DNA of 63,665 nucleotides, filler included, from Rozella allomycis CSF55 (lineage: Eukaryota), in the NCBI GenBank assembly GCA_000442015.1. It is 4 parts of 4 records of this genome, joined end to end, with 100 filler letters (N's around TTAATTAATTAA, not from the genome) between each part and the next. Parts side by side here need not be neighbours in the genome. Positions count along the whole stretch, not along the records: positions 30,429 to 62,411 come from KE560613.1; 3 more parts are not named here. The stretch is one strand, 5' to 3'. Positions 47,371 through 61,400 of this stretch are shown here, piece after piece. Made by a program: the position numbers and the translations under genes. Below the pieces are notes generated by a model that worked only from the letters and a program-made list of their open reading frames with translations, searched no databases and was not told the DNA's origin. How positions within the stretch are numbered: the first letter of the stretch is position 1; every line of letters starts with the position of its first letter.

Positions 47371-47676
47371 GAACCCAAAATTTGGATTTGAGTCTTGACC
47401 AGGTTTGTACATTTAGTTCGAATACGAAATTGAAAATGAATAATTGAATTAGTGGCAAAATACTTTGAACTATCAAATAAATGATGAATCCGGAGTGCGC
47501 AAGCGCAGATATGGAAGTAGGTTAAAAACTTAAAGGTATTACTTTGAATTTCTGTAAAATGAACTCACTGTTGGCAACTCTGATAACAAATAGCGTAGTA
47601 AGAATGCAACCTTGTTTTATTGGAAACGATAATATGAGTGACTGGGTGTCCCGTGTCGGTTGAACCGAATCACTAG

Positions 47677-49188
47677 TCATTCGCGTCTGACTTCTATGGC
47701 GTCATATACCACTTTATGCAAATCACTTGGATCAATCCTAGATTCCGCAAGCAAAATTTCAACAACTTCCGCATGCCCGTTCTCAGATGCCAGCGCCACA
47801 CGGATAGCATCATTGCTCTCCTCACTGGGATTAACCCTCGAATCAAGCAATAACATTTTAACAACTTCAGCATGTCCGTTCATGGCTGCCAAACGGATGG
47901 CCCTGTTATTCCCATCAGCAGGATCAACCCTAGAATCTTGTAGCAAAATTTTAACAACTTCCGCATGCCCATTCTCGGATGCCACACGGATAGCATCATT
48001 ACTCTCCTCCCTGGGATTAACTCTCGAATCACGCAATAACATTTTAACAACTTCAGCATGTCCTTCCATGGATGCCAAACGGATGGCACTATTATTCTCA
48101 TCTGCAGGATTAACCCTAGAATCTTGTAGCAAAATCTTAACAACTTCAGCATGTCCTTCCATGGATGCCAAACAGATGGCCCTGTTATTCCCATTAGCAG
48201 GATCAACTCTAGAATCACCCAATAATATTTTAACAACTTCCGCATGTCCGTTCTCGGATGCCCAATCGATTGCCAAATCAGGATCAACTGTTGAATCCTG
48301 TAGCAAAATTCTAACAACGTCTGCATGACCGTTCTTGGATGCTATATATAGGGCACTATTATCGGCAGTATTAACCCTAGAATCATTCACCAAAATTCTA
48401 ACAACATCAACATGTCCGTCCATGGCTGCAAAGTATAGGGCCGTATTATCCCTATTAGCAGGATCAACTCTAGAATCATTGATTAAAATTCTAACAACAT
48501 CAGCATGTCCTTGCATGGATGCCGAGCGGATGGCACCATTATCCCCATCAGCAGGATCAACCCTAGAATCATTAATTAAAATTCTAACAACATCAGCATG
48601 TCCATTAATAGACGCCAAGAAAATGGCGCTATTTTCAAAAACACCTGGATCAACACTTGGTTCTGTTAAGAGATGTCTAACAATCTCGGCATGACCATTG
48701 CTCGCTGCAATTCTGATCGCATAGTTTCCATCTGCTGATGGGTCAGGCTTTATGCTCCTTGCCACATTACGTACCTTTTGAGTGCAACTGCAGGTTGAGA
48801 TAACATTCTTCGTATCTGGAATCATAAGTGATACCCATTCAGTGATACCATACTGACATGCAAACTGGAAAGCGTAGTTAGCAGTTTTCTGAGAAATTTG
48901 TTTTCCTTCTACAACACTCAAGAAATCCACGAGCCTTTCACATATTCCCTTGTCGTTTAGGATGGCAGTGCAAATATCTATAGTCAGTAATTTGCCGCAT
49001 CTTTTCTTTATTAGATATTGAATAATATATGGACATTCCCATGAGCAGCTAAGTTGAGGATCTTGATGAAGAATTGAATCTAAGCATATAGACCGAAACA
49101 AGCGGGACGTTCTAGACATTTGTTTTAGGCCATTTAGATGTAGATGCGAAACGATTATATTCCAAATCTCATATGGGATGTGTTCCAT
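47677..49188 (-). CDS. F-box plus ankyrin-repeat protein
   Basis: MEHIPYEIWNIIVSHL F-box; ~10 repeats of VDPADGNNRAIRLASxNGHAEVVKILLxDSR; intronless. Confidence 0.9.
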   Translation of the reverse strand: MEHIPYEIWNIIVSHLHLNGLKQMSRTSRLFRSICLDSILHQDPQLSCSWECPYIIQYLIKKRCGKLLTIDICTAILNDKGICERLVDFLSVVEGKQISQKTANYAFQFACQYGITEWVSLMIPDTKNVISTCSCTQKVRNVARSIKPDPSADGNYAIRIAASNGHAEIVRHLLTEPSVDPGVFENSAIFLASINGHADVVRILINDSRVDPADGDNGAIRSASMQGHADVVRILINDSRVDPANRDNTALYFAAMDGHVDVVRILVNDSRVNTADNSALYIASKNGHADVVRILLQDSTVDPDLAIDWASENGHAEVVKILLGDSRVDPANGNNRAICLASMEGHAEVVKILLQDSRVNPADENNSAIRLASMEGHAEVVKMLLRDSRVNPREESNDAIRVASENGHAEVVKILLQDSRVDPADGNNRAIRLAAMNGHAEVVKMLLLDSRVNPSEESNDAIRVALASENGHAEVVEILLAESRIDPSDLHKVVYDAIEVRRE

Positions 49189-49416
49189 GCTTGCTTATTT
49201 ATTGTGGGGCTTGAACAACGTTGGTCTAAAATATATTTTTAAAACAAAAAACCTACATACCTATACATTCATTTAATATTCCAATGTTTTATTTTTAGAA
49301 TGAAGACTGTGAAATAGTGAAACCTACATACCTAAATAACATCTTTGACTATTTAACTATTTAGCTCACACTGGGAAATATTCTTAAAATAAAGACATAA
49401 TGAAATTAACATTTTC

Positions 49417-49470
49417 AAAGAAATAAAGCATTTGAAGAAATAAAGCATTTAAAGAAATAAAGCATTTGAA
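49417..49470. repeat. 17-bp tandem repeat x3
   Basis: aagaaataaagcattt(g/a) repeated downstream of the dynein stop. Confidence 0.85.
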
Positions 49471-49484
49471 ATCTACGGGTTTAT

Positions 49485-52400
49485 TCAATAATTCAAACTG
49501 CAAATCAGCGCCACACCTCTCTTTATCCAATGTGCCGGTTCCCTATTAGACGGTATTTCAACAGTCAACACAAAGTTTGTAGAATGCCCTGTCGTGCTCA
49601 GCGTCCCTGCTCTAGTGAGAGTCTTGTACACCGGACACTCGTAGATCCCAACCGTAGATTTCTTCCTGTTCTGTGTAGGTTTCAGCCATAAAACCGGCAT
49701 GTCAGTGTATAATTCTTTAGGTTTAGATTCCGCCAAAGATTTCGTTATCGGATCCCAGCGAGCGCCTTCCAAAAATAGACCGTAAATGTAGCACCCGTCT
49801 TCTGGTTTACTAGTAAGCTGTGATTTGGGCGTGTCGATGACATGAAATTCAAATGACAGGAGATCAATAGAAACAATGTATTTGCGTGCATAATTTTGAA
49901 GAGTGCCAGTGAGAAACGCTTGTGGAAAGAAGAAGCCTGAAATCCAAAACACTGGTGGGATTCCATTATCGATCCAATTTTTGAGATAGCTTGTTCTTTC
50001 GATTAAATCATCAACCCAAGAGGCGAGTCCTTTTAGAGAAAGATACGCTTTTGCTTCCCACAATTCAGGAACTTTGTTCATGTACATTGACGAGGACATT
50101 TTTTCTAGAGATTCTGACATTACAACGAGACCTTTTAGAGCTTTAAGTAATTCTTTTAATGTTTCATGGATGATAGATAGTAGTTTATTGTATCTTACTA
50201 TTTCTTGAACTAGAACTGTCGACATTGATTCCTTGTATTGAACGGGATATTTCTTTAAAACAAAATCGAAGTCAAAGGGAAGTGGAATTCTGGATTGAAT
50301 TGACGACGCCATTTCCAGCAGAATTTCATCTCTATTTTTACCAGAGCCTGCAGCATTAGATTTAGGCATTAAACTTGCCAAAGAATTGAAGATTGAAAAG
50401 GTTTCTTTTTGAGCGAATGTGATGTTTGCGTTATCCAGCATTCCAAATATTTCAGTAGAGTCTTCTAGTGGAAGTTGCTTGATGTAATTTTTGTAAGATT
50501 GAATTGACTCTGCTGGAATTGAATAATAAATATCAGAAGATGAAAATTTATAATTATCATTTATTGCTTGAGGATTGTAGTAATCTTCTAGTAGAGTCAT
50601 TAAGAGTCTTCTGTCCCAATCGTCAGTGACTCGACCACCGTAATTGATTTCTCCAACAGTAAATTTCAATACTTTGAATGGGATTTGATCGTATTCTTCT
50701 AGAAACATTTTCAATTGTCTAACACACATTCTAAAATCACCGTCTGTGAATTCATAAGGAATATTCCAACCCAAAGGACCAAATTTTCTTCGTTCTTGAA
50801 TCACAGCATGAAACAAACTGAGCGAGAATAATAATTTCTTGTAGAATAATGGTTTGTTGCAACTGTTTAAACTTTCATCGTTAAAAGTAGTAAAAGTTCT
50901 CATTAAATTTGCTTTTAATCCTTTTGGAGGTTCCACAGTCATTTTGACACCATTTTGAAGAATAGAAACAGGAAATTTACTAGTTGGCATTGAAGTAAGC
51001 CACAATCTAAAATCTCTGTGAACCTTATCAGGGGTTATCCCTTCAACTATTTTATCCAACGTTGGCATCCATGTTGGACCAAGATGGCAATTCTGCAGAA
51101 GAACCCATAACCCTCTTTCCATCCCCTCTTTCAACAACAGTTCAGCCCTTGGACCCTGGCCCTGTCCAAGTGAAATTGAAGTCAACTTTTTAGAAAACTT
51201 CATTTCTTCAGCAAATTTAATCAAAGTGTTGGCAGGATCAGCCCCTGCACTTAGAACAAACACTAGAGGCGTCCATGGGTTGGATTCTTTATAAACCAAA
51301 CTTAAATCAGATGTTTGCGGTTCAATAAATTTGTCTCCAAGATTTAAAGAAACAAAATCTTGAATTCCAGAAATTACTCTATCAAATCTAATGCATCTCA
51401 AAATTAACAATTTTTGAAAATCATTCAATTCTCTTTCATATTTATCTGTCAATTTCTCTTTGTGTGGAATTGAACTGGTAAACATTCTCTTAAATGTTTC
51501 TTCATTTTCTACAAACTCATTTTCAATTCCTTTAAAGTTATTTAACAATCCCAATTGCTGGATCTCTTCCCAAGATCTATTACTTAGCCACTGTGGCGCA
51601 GGATTGTTAACTTTTTTTAGAACAGAAGATCCGCCAGTTAATAGAAATCTCCATTCATTTTGATCAATTTTATTTTCATTCATTAGAATTCTCACAGTTA
51701 AAAGAAAAGAGAATAACAATTTGTGTTTCTCAAATAACGATCTACAAACATTTGAATAAAGAGAGAATGTGAAATAATCATTTAAATTTTTAATTCGTTC
51801 ATCTAGATTGTCAGATTTATCAGAATTTATTATTGCATTGATGAAGAGATTCATAAACCAATTAAGGGAATATTGATACATTGGATCTATGCTAGTTAGT
51901 TCTGTAATACAAAAGAATAAAATTCTGGTTCTGATGGCCACTGGAGAATATTTAATTCTCGTTGAATCAATATCTTTTTCTGTCTGTTCAGAAATTTGCA
52001 CTTTGAGTTGAATTTCAGTTGACGTTACTTTGGACGCTGCCAACGTCTCAATTAGCCTTTCATCATCCACTGGAGATCCTATACATTAAACAGCTTAAAT
52101 AACGTTACCTTGAACAGAAGATAATAAATACAAAATTTTATCTTCAATTTCTTTTAATTCCTTCTTCATTTTAGAATTCTGAACCACAAGCGCATTTTTA
52201 GCTTCTTCTAAATCTGGCCTTTCATTAGCAACAACAGAAGCCAACAATTGATCTTCCAATCCACTTGGCGACAATGTAAAATTCAACAATGATATTTTAG
52301 TAGAAATTTCAGGCAAATAATGCGGATTTGATAGTTTAGTCGTCATGTAAAATCTAAAATCATCGTGATATGGAATAATCGAATCTCCAACTTTAATCAC

Positions 52401-55400
52401 ATTACTTCCCCCCTGCTTGAATATTTGCTTCATCAAAATTGGCTCCAACGCTGGATCCAACGTCTCTTCAACATTCTCCAACAAACACGGCCTTCCAAAT
52501 CTTATCGCATTCTCCAAAGTTCGCAAAAAATCTTTATCACTCAATTTAATGATATCCAACTGATTCTCCTTTTCCATATTCTTGATCCATTTATTAGCCT
52601 GGCCTTGTGGGTCTATCAACAATGGCCATCTTCTCGAATTGAACACAATTATCGCATTGTCTCTACTCAAACTCTCTCTCGGCAATCCAAATATCTCCCA
52701 TTGTCTTATTTTAACTAAATCGCCTAATATCTCCATTAAACTGGGGTTATCTGAATGTGGAATCAAATGCTCATCCAAGCCATTCACCCACTCTTTAATC
52801 ATCATGCTTCTATACTCTGTAGTAAACGCACCCAAATACGCTACCATCCCACTGGCTATCAATGTATCTCCAACAACATTCATTATCTTTCTATCCAACT
52901 GCTCGACAGTCGCTGCCCATCTCTGCTTCTCATCTGCCAATCCACTCAATAGTTTATCAGCTCTATTCAACTTTAAGCTACACTCTTCAACCTTTCTCGC
53001 CAATTCTTCCTTCTTCGCTAAACTCTCTTCATACTTCTTTTCCATTTCTCTAATACTAATCTCTGTCTCTCGCATCTTTCTCTTCAACTCATTCAACGTC
53101 TTTATTGTAACTTCTAATGATTCCTGCGCTTCTCTCAATTTTATTCTCTTGGGCTCGACGCTCTTTGACACATGATAGTACTTTTCCATCGCTCTAACCC
53201 ATTGACACATTGACGTTGCTGCTTTAGACACTCGCGCTATTTGATCAACTTGGAATTCAGGTGAGTCAATGTACGGCTTAATCTTTACTATAATCTGCTC
53301 GCCAATATTATCCTTGTCATAATTCATCAACGAATCTATAAATTTCGCTGGATCTATCAACAACGCTTTACCAGGGTCCCAATAGTCATCAACCTTTCTT
53401 AAATACAAACATCAAATTTACTTTCTTTCCTTCAACTTCAATCTTTTTGGGTTTGATTTGTTTCATTNATCATCAACCTTTATTAAAGCAACAATATCAA
53501 CTTACTTTCTTTCCTTCAACTTCAATCTTTTTGGGTTTGATTTGTTTCATTATGCAAACAGCTTCCATCACCAACTTAACTCCCGCTGGTGGCCTCGTCA
53601 TACTTTTGATTTCTGTAACATCTTGCTTTGTCAAATTCTTCAAACTAACCAACGCAGCATCTAACGCTGGCAACGCTTCATCCAAATCTCTCTGTGCTTC
53701 ATCAGCAATGCTCTTTGTTTCTTCTGCCTTTTTTGACGCTTCTTCTTCCTCTTTCGATACAATGGCTTTCATCTCTTCAGCTTTGCTTTTATCTTCTGAT
53801 ATTTGCTTCATTGTTATTTCAATATCTTTGGAAGTCTGAATCAACATGGGCTGCATCGATCCCAACTCTTCCTGCAAGATTTCAACTTCCTTTGTCGTCG
53901 TCAATAGCTTCTCTAGTCCAGTACTAGTTCTCTTTCTCAACGCCGTCAGTTCATTCTTTTTCTTTTCAAACAAACTTTTATACAAATAAAGCAACTCTAA
54001 ATAACTCTTTGGTGTCACATAATTAAATCTCCCAAAATTAGATTTATATTCAATGCATTTCTGTTTGACACTTTCTTGCATCAAAACACAAATTTCAATA
54101 ACGCCGTCCATTATCCTCTCTGGCCCCAAGTCACCCATTTCAGCAATAGAAGATGCAGCCACAGATTTCAACGCTTCGGCTGGCCACTCGCTAAACTTGT
54201 TAATCGTACAGCAATTAACCAACGACGGGAACATTCTAAGTCTATTTCTAAACAACTCTCCAACCGGACTCATACACAATATCAAATGCAGATTCTGCCT
54301 AGCTCTGCTCAAATACAACGCAAACAGCGCCTCCTTTGTCACACTCAAACTATTCTCCACAGCGATCGGTCTCATTGCCGTCAATATTCTATCCATCTCC
54401 TCGTTATTATACAGATTAGGAACATCCCCTGAATTCAAAATATTATTAATATCCTCCAAAAACGACTCCATCACAATCTGCCCATCTGAAAACAGAAACG
54501 CTGTAGGCTTGGCTTCAATCCCAGCACCCATCAGCACCTTTTTCAAATCCTCTCGCCACTCATTCTGCCCATAATTCTTTGACACTTCAATCTGGAAGCA
54601 CTCAAACTCTTCTATATGCGCAGATAATCTAGACAACGACTGACGACCAGATCCACCAACACCCAGCAACAACACATTCCCCATAGGCTGCCTGATAATC
54701 CTACAAATTCGCGAGACATGCTCAATCGCATCCAAAAACATCACCAGCTTCATCGGACTCGTCGTTGTATTGTTGTAATCCTCCAAATAGTCCTCCACAA
54801 TCTTTACAAGCTTCTTCACATCCTTGACATACGAATACGATCGAACTTCAGCACCAGGTATCATGTAATCACAATATATAATCGGCTCCTGGTTCACAAC
54901 CTCCTCCCACTCAATCTTCAATTTGTTCTTTATCGTCTTTTTCAGCAATGCACTAAACCAGCCCTTGTCATTTTCATCAACAAGTCTGTCCTGAAATATC
55001 CGCTGCGACTCGTGGATCCACAGCCTGTAAAGCTCATTCAAACTAGTAAGCGATTTTTGATCAACACTCAAAATACCCTGAAACACCTTGGACAAATCAC
55101 GCATATTAAATGTATAATGCGACTTTGTCGGCGTAGGCAGCAGCTCCGTTCTAATAGTATCATAAATGTATATCGTAGACTCTACAAGCAACTCTGTCAC
55201 ACTGCCAAACATTTCACTGTTCACTCTCTCAAAGAAACTTCCAAGAATCGTTTTAAATATTCTCTGCAGACTCTCTGATTGCATATCCACAAAATTTATC
55301 AAATTGAAATGTCTCACAAGTCTATCAATCAAACTATAGTAAAATTACCTGGGCGTAATCTTGGATCTGCCTCCACCAGGCGGACACATCGCAGACACAA

Positions 55401-58400
55401 AATTCACATCAACAATCTCCATAAACTTGCCAACATTCTTGCGATCGTACCATCCATTATGATCCATCCATTGTCTAACAAGTTCTATCGGCGGCTGCGC
55501 TCCATACACTTCAACAGCCGGCATATTCAAATCATCAATAAAAACTATAAACCTTTTTCCTAACGGTGGACCAAACACACCTTTCCTTCTCTTTTCCATT
55601 TTTGAATCCAACAAATCCTGTGTCTGATTGGCTGTTGTTCTAGCGCTAAAGTTTATAAAAATTGGCGTGTAATTGTCAGGCATCGCTTTGATTAGTTTCT
55701 CAGAGATAGTAACAGTCTTGGCAGTTCCAGTGCCACCAACACAAAGAACGTTGCAATTGCTAGTCAACAGCATATCCAACAGAAACGTATTCCTAATAGA
55801 ATCTAATGTAGGCACGATAATCTCAGAATAATTAACTTTTGGATCTATTTTGTATTCATTAACATCATTCAGAAAATGGACCCACTGGAGGTTCTTCAAA
55901 TCAATCTTGTAATCATAAACCAATCCATCATTTGGCAGAATATACTTGACATTTCCTCTAATCATCAACTCTCTAATAAACTTGTCAAACTTTTCTCTAT
56001 GCTCCAGCCCAAACGTCGCACCAACAGACCAAACAAGCGAAAAGAAGAAGATCAACTCTAGAGCGTCAACAAGCAATCCACTTTTATCGCCATCGCCATC
56101 TTCGCTCTTTTCTACTTTTAACAATTCAGCAACAAAATAGTCAATCAACTTCAAGCAGCTCTGAACAAGCGCTGAATTCATCGTTGGAACTTTTTCAACA
56201 CATCCTCTTCTCTGAAAGTCAATTGCAGCCTGCATATTGTTATCAAAGAGTGTCTGGATTGTAGAACAAAACGAATCAGCAACGGTCTCTGGAATCAATG
56301 ACTTCTTTTTATCAATCCAACTACTGATCAATGGCTGAATGCCTAAAGCTGATGGCTCCATATAAACCATCCCACATCTGCTGACAGTCGCAGGCGAGGC
56401 AACAGCTAAATCTGCCACCTCAAAAATCATCTTTTGAGTTGCATTCAATTTAATAATTTCACCGCTACTTAGACAAAGTTTCTTGTTATCATCTAAAACA
56501 GTGTTCATGCTTTCAATCCAGATAGCATCCACAGGCCCATCAAATATGTACCACTTCTTGTCACTAGAAACTTCTTCAGCACCTTCTCTAACCAAACTGG
56601 AAAGAATTCCATCAGTCCATTCATGCGTTTGCTGATCGAATTCACCGTAAAGTTGACCCATCGTAATAGATTTTGGATTCAAAATAAACGTTTTAACATT
56701 TTCAAAGTTTTCATCGTTTGGAGATTTCTTTCCTTTTAATGATGACATTGCTTTAGCTAAGACTTTAAAGCAGCAAGTCTTTCCACCGCCAGTTGGACCA
56801 ACAAGCATTAAACCGTGTCTAACAATAGTAGTTTCATACAATTGGATGCATTTCTTAATAAAAGACTCTACTGGCTGCAGATTCATTTCATGACATGTTT
56901 TATGCAACGATTCCAACAACAAGCCATAATCTATAGATGGGATTTGAACCCCTGGAAACAAATCAGAAATTATTCCATTAAACAGAGGAACATCTTCAGC
57001 CAAAAATTTTGGTAAATTGCAATCACAAAGCGCTCTCAACAAAATTATATCTTCAGGCTGATCTGGATTGCTTCTTTTTAAATTGCCTGCACTGGAAATA
57101 ACAGTTTTAACAGCACGCATTCCAAAGTCATAATGATCTTGAGAAGACAATTGTTCAGATGAAAGTTTAAAAGTTGCCACCATCTTTTGAGCTAAAATTC
57201 TTGCATTGGAAAATCCGAATGAAAATAAACTAATTTCTGCAATCATCGCTATTCATAAAAATAATGTTAAATTACCGTAATCTGGAATCATCATAGCCAC
57301 TGGTCTAAACAACGCCTTTAAATTATCTGGCAATTCAGTTCTTCCAGCGTAACCACTTAATTAAAAATATTCAACTGCATTTACGGATTCATTGTAATAA
57401 AAACACCGCAAGTTGGATCAAGCCCTAATTCTATCCCTTCAAACTGAAACTTTGTTGCTTTTGCAGCGATCGCTCTAAAAATAGTGCTAATTTGTTGCGC
57501 GATAACAGATAAAACTTCAATATCAATTCTATTAAATTCATCAAAACAAATCCACGCGCCAGCACTCGCTAATCCTTTAAAGAATTTTCCCATCGCTAAA
57601 TAATCCAATTGATCTGAACAATTAAAAACAACACATTGTTTAGCCAATGACTTTGCTAAATCTTTAACAGTCTCAGTCTTGCCTGTTCCTGCGGGACCTT
57701 TAGATAAGAAGTGAAGAATAAATTTACCTGCAGGTGCTCCACCCATCGTCAAGTGAATCGCTCCAGTTAGCGTCAAGTAGCATCTATCTGTTAATGGCGT
57801 TATAACCAATCTTCCACTGTTCCCCAAATATTCATAACCATAAGTGAAATTAGCATTCACAATTTTAACATGCACATCATCTTCTTCCCAATAATATCTC
57901 AACTGACTCATCCATTCAAAATCATTCACCGAAGAGATTTTATTCTCCTCCAATTTCTTTACGATATCTAAATAATCAATAATTTTTTTTAATACCTCTC
58001 GCATGAACATCAACGACAATCAAATCACCAAGAATCAATCTCGTTATCGGCTTCAAATCTCCCCTCACTAGATGCACAAGCCCTTCCAGTTGAGACAATT
58101 GTTTTTGATAATATTCTTTAACAGCTTCAGGCCCATTAGAAATAGCTTCAGAAACTTGCAATGTCCAATGCATTTGGCTCGCAGTCAACGTCGCTTGTCC
58201 AGGCCACAACGTAACCCATTCATTTCTAGATTTATTTGAATAATCCAAAAACGCATCATAAATTATCTTCTTGACTGACAACTTCATCGTGCTTTCTACA
58301 ATCTTCAACCAATCTTCTACATTCCCTTGTGGGTAAAACGGCGTGCACATTGAAACTCTTTCGCCATCAGCTGAATACATCCCCGTAATCAAATTATCCT

Positions 58401-61400
58401 TTTGAAACTCCAATTTAACACAATTCTCAAAACATTTTCTTAAATGCGGCTGAACAGCTGATGGATCCTTTGTTTGAGATAAAATTTGAAGCAATTCATC
58501 ATCACTGAGAAAAAAGAATCTGGGAAATATCAATCTTTTGCTCTCCAAATACGCTGACAATCCTTTAGCCACTTGCTCCAATAGCTTATTGCATTCATGA
58601 AATTGTTCCAACAGTTTATTATCACTACAAAAATCAATCATCGATGGTTTGTTTCTTGCCTGGATCATTATCTTTCTCCAAATTCTATCCATCGTCACAA
58701 ATTTCTTGCTTTCATTAGGCAACTGCTTTGATATATCATCAGATGAAAATATCGGCTCCAAATACATCCATGATCTTTGACATGTCATCCATTCTTCCAT
58801 CACTTCTTGCACAATCTTCAACTTTGACTCCCACAACGATATTCTGTCTTGAAATGGTTTTCTAAATGGGGAAAAGCTCATGGATTGCGTCATCACAATA
58901 TGATCATCCAATTGTCTCAACGCTTCTTCACTCACTTTCATGATATAAGTTCCTGTCTCTCTGTAATTCAAAATATCTAAATTCATGTCCATCCATTCCT
59001 TTTCCATCTTATCCAACGACGATTCAATTGAATATTCCTTTCCTGCCACATCACAGATCTTGGTTATCGTTTCAATCTTACTCAACAAATTCATATCCAA
59101 CAATTGCGTCAATGTCCTACACTTAACAGCAATCAATATATTTACCAACTCTCATCTGGATGCAACGGTATATTCAACTCTGCAGACAATCGATCCCAAT
59201 GCCTATCTCTCATCCCAGGGTTCCTCAGCGCTTGAATCAACGGAAGCTTCGTCTTGAATTCATCCATCTCATTCTTAATCTTGGTCGCCACTCCAAGCAC
59301 ATTCGGTATCTGCTTAAAACTCTTCATAACTTTAATAACAGTTCTCCACGCCGAATTCAAATTCTTATCAGTCTCTTCCGCTTGAATCGCTAAAAACGAT
59401 CCATACAACCACGACTGTCTCCATTTCACCCAATCAGAAGTCGTCAACCAAAACTGCTTGAACGGCTCAAACTCTTTAGACAGATTACTCAACTCTTCAA
59501 ACCTCGTGATCGGCATTTCAAACAAATTCTCACGCGAATTCACCTGCTGCGCTATCGTCGTGCATTCCTTCAGCTCCAATATGATCTTATACACTTCACT
59601 CACAATTTCATTAATCTTCTCTATATCATGGTACTTTGAGAAATCAGCAATAGAATTGCCCAGCTGGTTGATCCGCTCCTTGAACACCTCCTGGTCGCTT
59701 ACAAAGTTCTTTTGAAAATTATTATAATCAACAACAATCTGTTCCTGCGTCGTTTTAATCAACTCTTCAATCTTTGTTGGCCATGCAAACGCGAGCCACT
59801 TTGCTTTGAAATCCTCATTCGCCAGCTCGTACCGGAATTTCTCCAATTTGTCAAAATCTACAAGCATGTCGTTGATCCTTAATTTCTGGATTTGCATAAT
59901 CTCTGGTATCGTCTTCATATACTCCTGAAGCTCTACAAGCTCTTCTATACTCAACACTTTTTCCTTCAACTTTAGCTGGATTTGGCTAAACACATTCGAT
60001 ATGCTCGACGCTGTCTTGCTGGTCTTCTTGGCAAATATATCAAGCACCACTTTGGACAGGTCTTTGCGCAATATATTCTTGATTGAATCACAATTAATCC
60101 AGAACAATCCCACATGGATATAGTTTGGAATCTCCTTGTTAAGTACCTCGCTCTGCTGAATGTGGTTCAATACATCCAATTCCATCTCTTCATTTGTCTT
60201 ATTCTTGCTTTCATACTCAATTTGATACTTTGTTGTATCCAACGTGATCAAATTCATGTACTTGTCATACTGTCTCACATACGCCTCAAGTGGTACAACA
60301 CTGTCGGTTAATATCTCTTGAATTCTCTCTCTAACAGAATACACAAATGAATCATTTTCTCTGACAGTTTCAAGATTAGGCTTGCTAGACCAAAACAGTT
60401 GATCCATTATCGCCTGCTCCAATTGCGGTAAATTCTCTAAAGCATTCAATGCCTTATCAATCAAAGCATTTATAGACACTTTATAGTTGTTCAAGTCAAT
60501 ATTATATTGCAATTTTCCATCCTTGTAAATCAAATCCAACATAAACAATGGTTTCTTGATTTGATCATTATCATTCACACAACTAATAGAATTGGTTCCC
60601 TCAACTTTGATGCTCATTGGCTTTGATTGAAACAACATTTTCACAAAATCATTCAAGGAATTTATAACCATATATTTCAATGCATCTTCCATGGCAAATC
60701 TCACACAAGCCATGAATTTCTTAAGTTTGGAAATATTGTATACTTCCATGCTCTTTTCCTGCAAATTAAACCATCCTTTTCCTACTTCTTTTAAACCATT
60801 TCTGATAATCAACTTTATGCCAGGCAACCAACTATTGTTAACAAAAACACTACATAATACTTGTCTCTAATCATTGCCTTAATTGAATTAATCGAGGCTG
60901 TTTGCATTTGTTCAAATTCATCCAGTTTCACAGTTTTGCTAATGTTCAAATTGAAAATACTCGTTTGAGCGATTCTCTCACATTCAAGTCTCACTTTAGT
61001 CCAAGTTTTAAACACCTCCGGATTAGTAATAAAGGTACTAAATTTGAATCTTCTTTTTTGGTCTTCAAAGTCATACTGAACCTTGTTCTCTATATCCCTT
61101 TTAATATGACTGATACTACAATCTTACCATGACTTTTCATATGATTCTTCAACAAAAGGGCTAGGAATTTCTTCAAATGCGCACAACGATGAGTTATCTT
61201 TCAACTTTGCTAGTACTCGATTTATCTTACTTGGTTCTCAAGGCAAATATGATTCATAGTACGCACATAACTCAAGCGGATCTCTTTCTTTGCAGCTTCT
61301 ACCCACAAACCACTAACAACATTTTTAGTTCTTGTCAAATATCTACAGGTTGCATTTTTCATGATTCTCTCAACTACAGCTTCAGAAATTTCAATGCATC

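Noticed and set aside
47660-48694. Long plus-strand repetitive ORFs
   Set aside because: Antisense shadows of the ankyrin repeats
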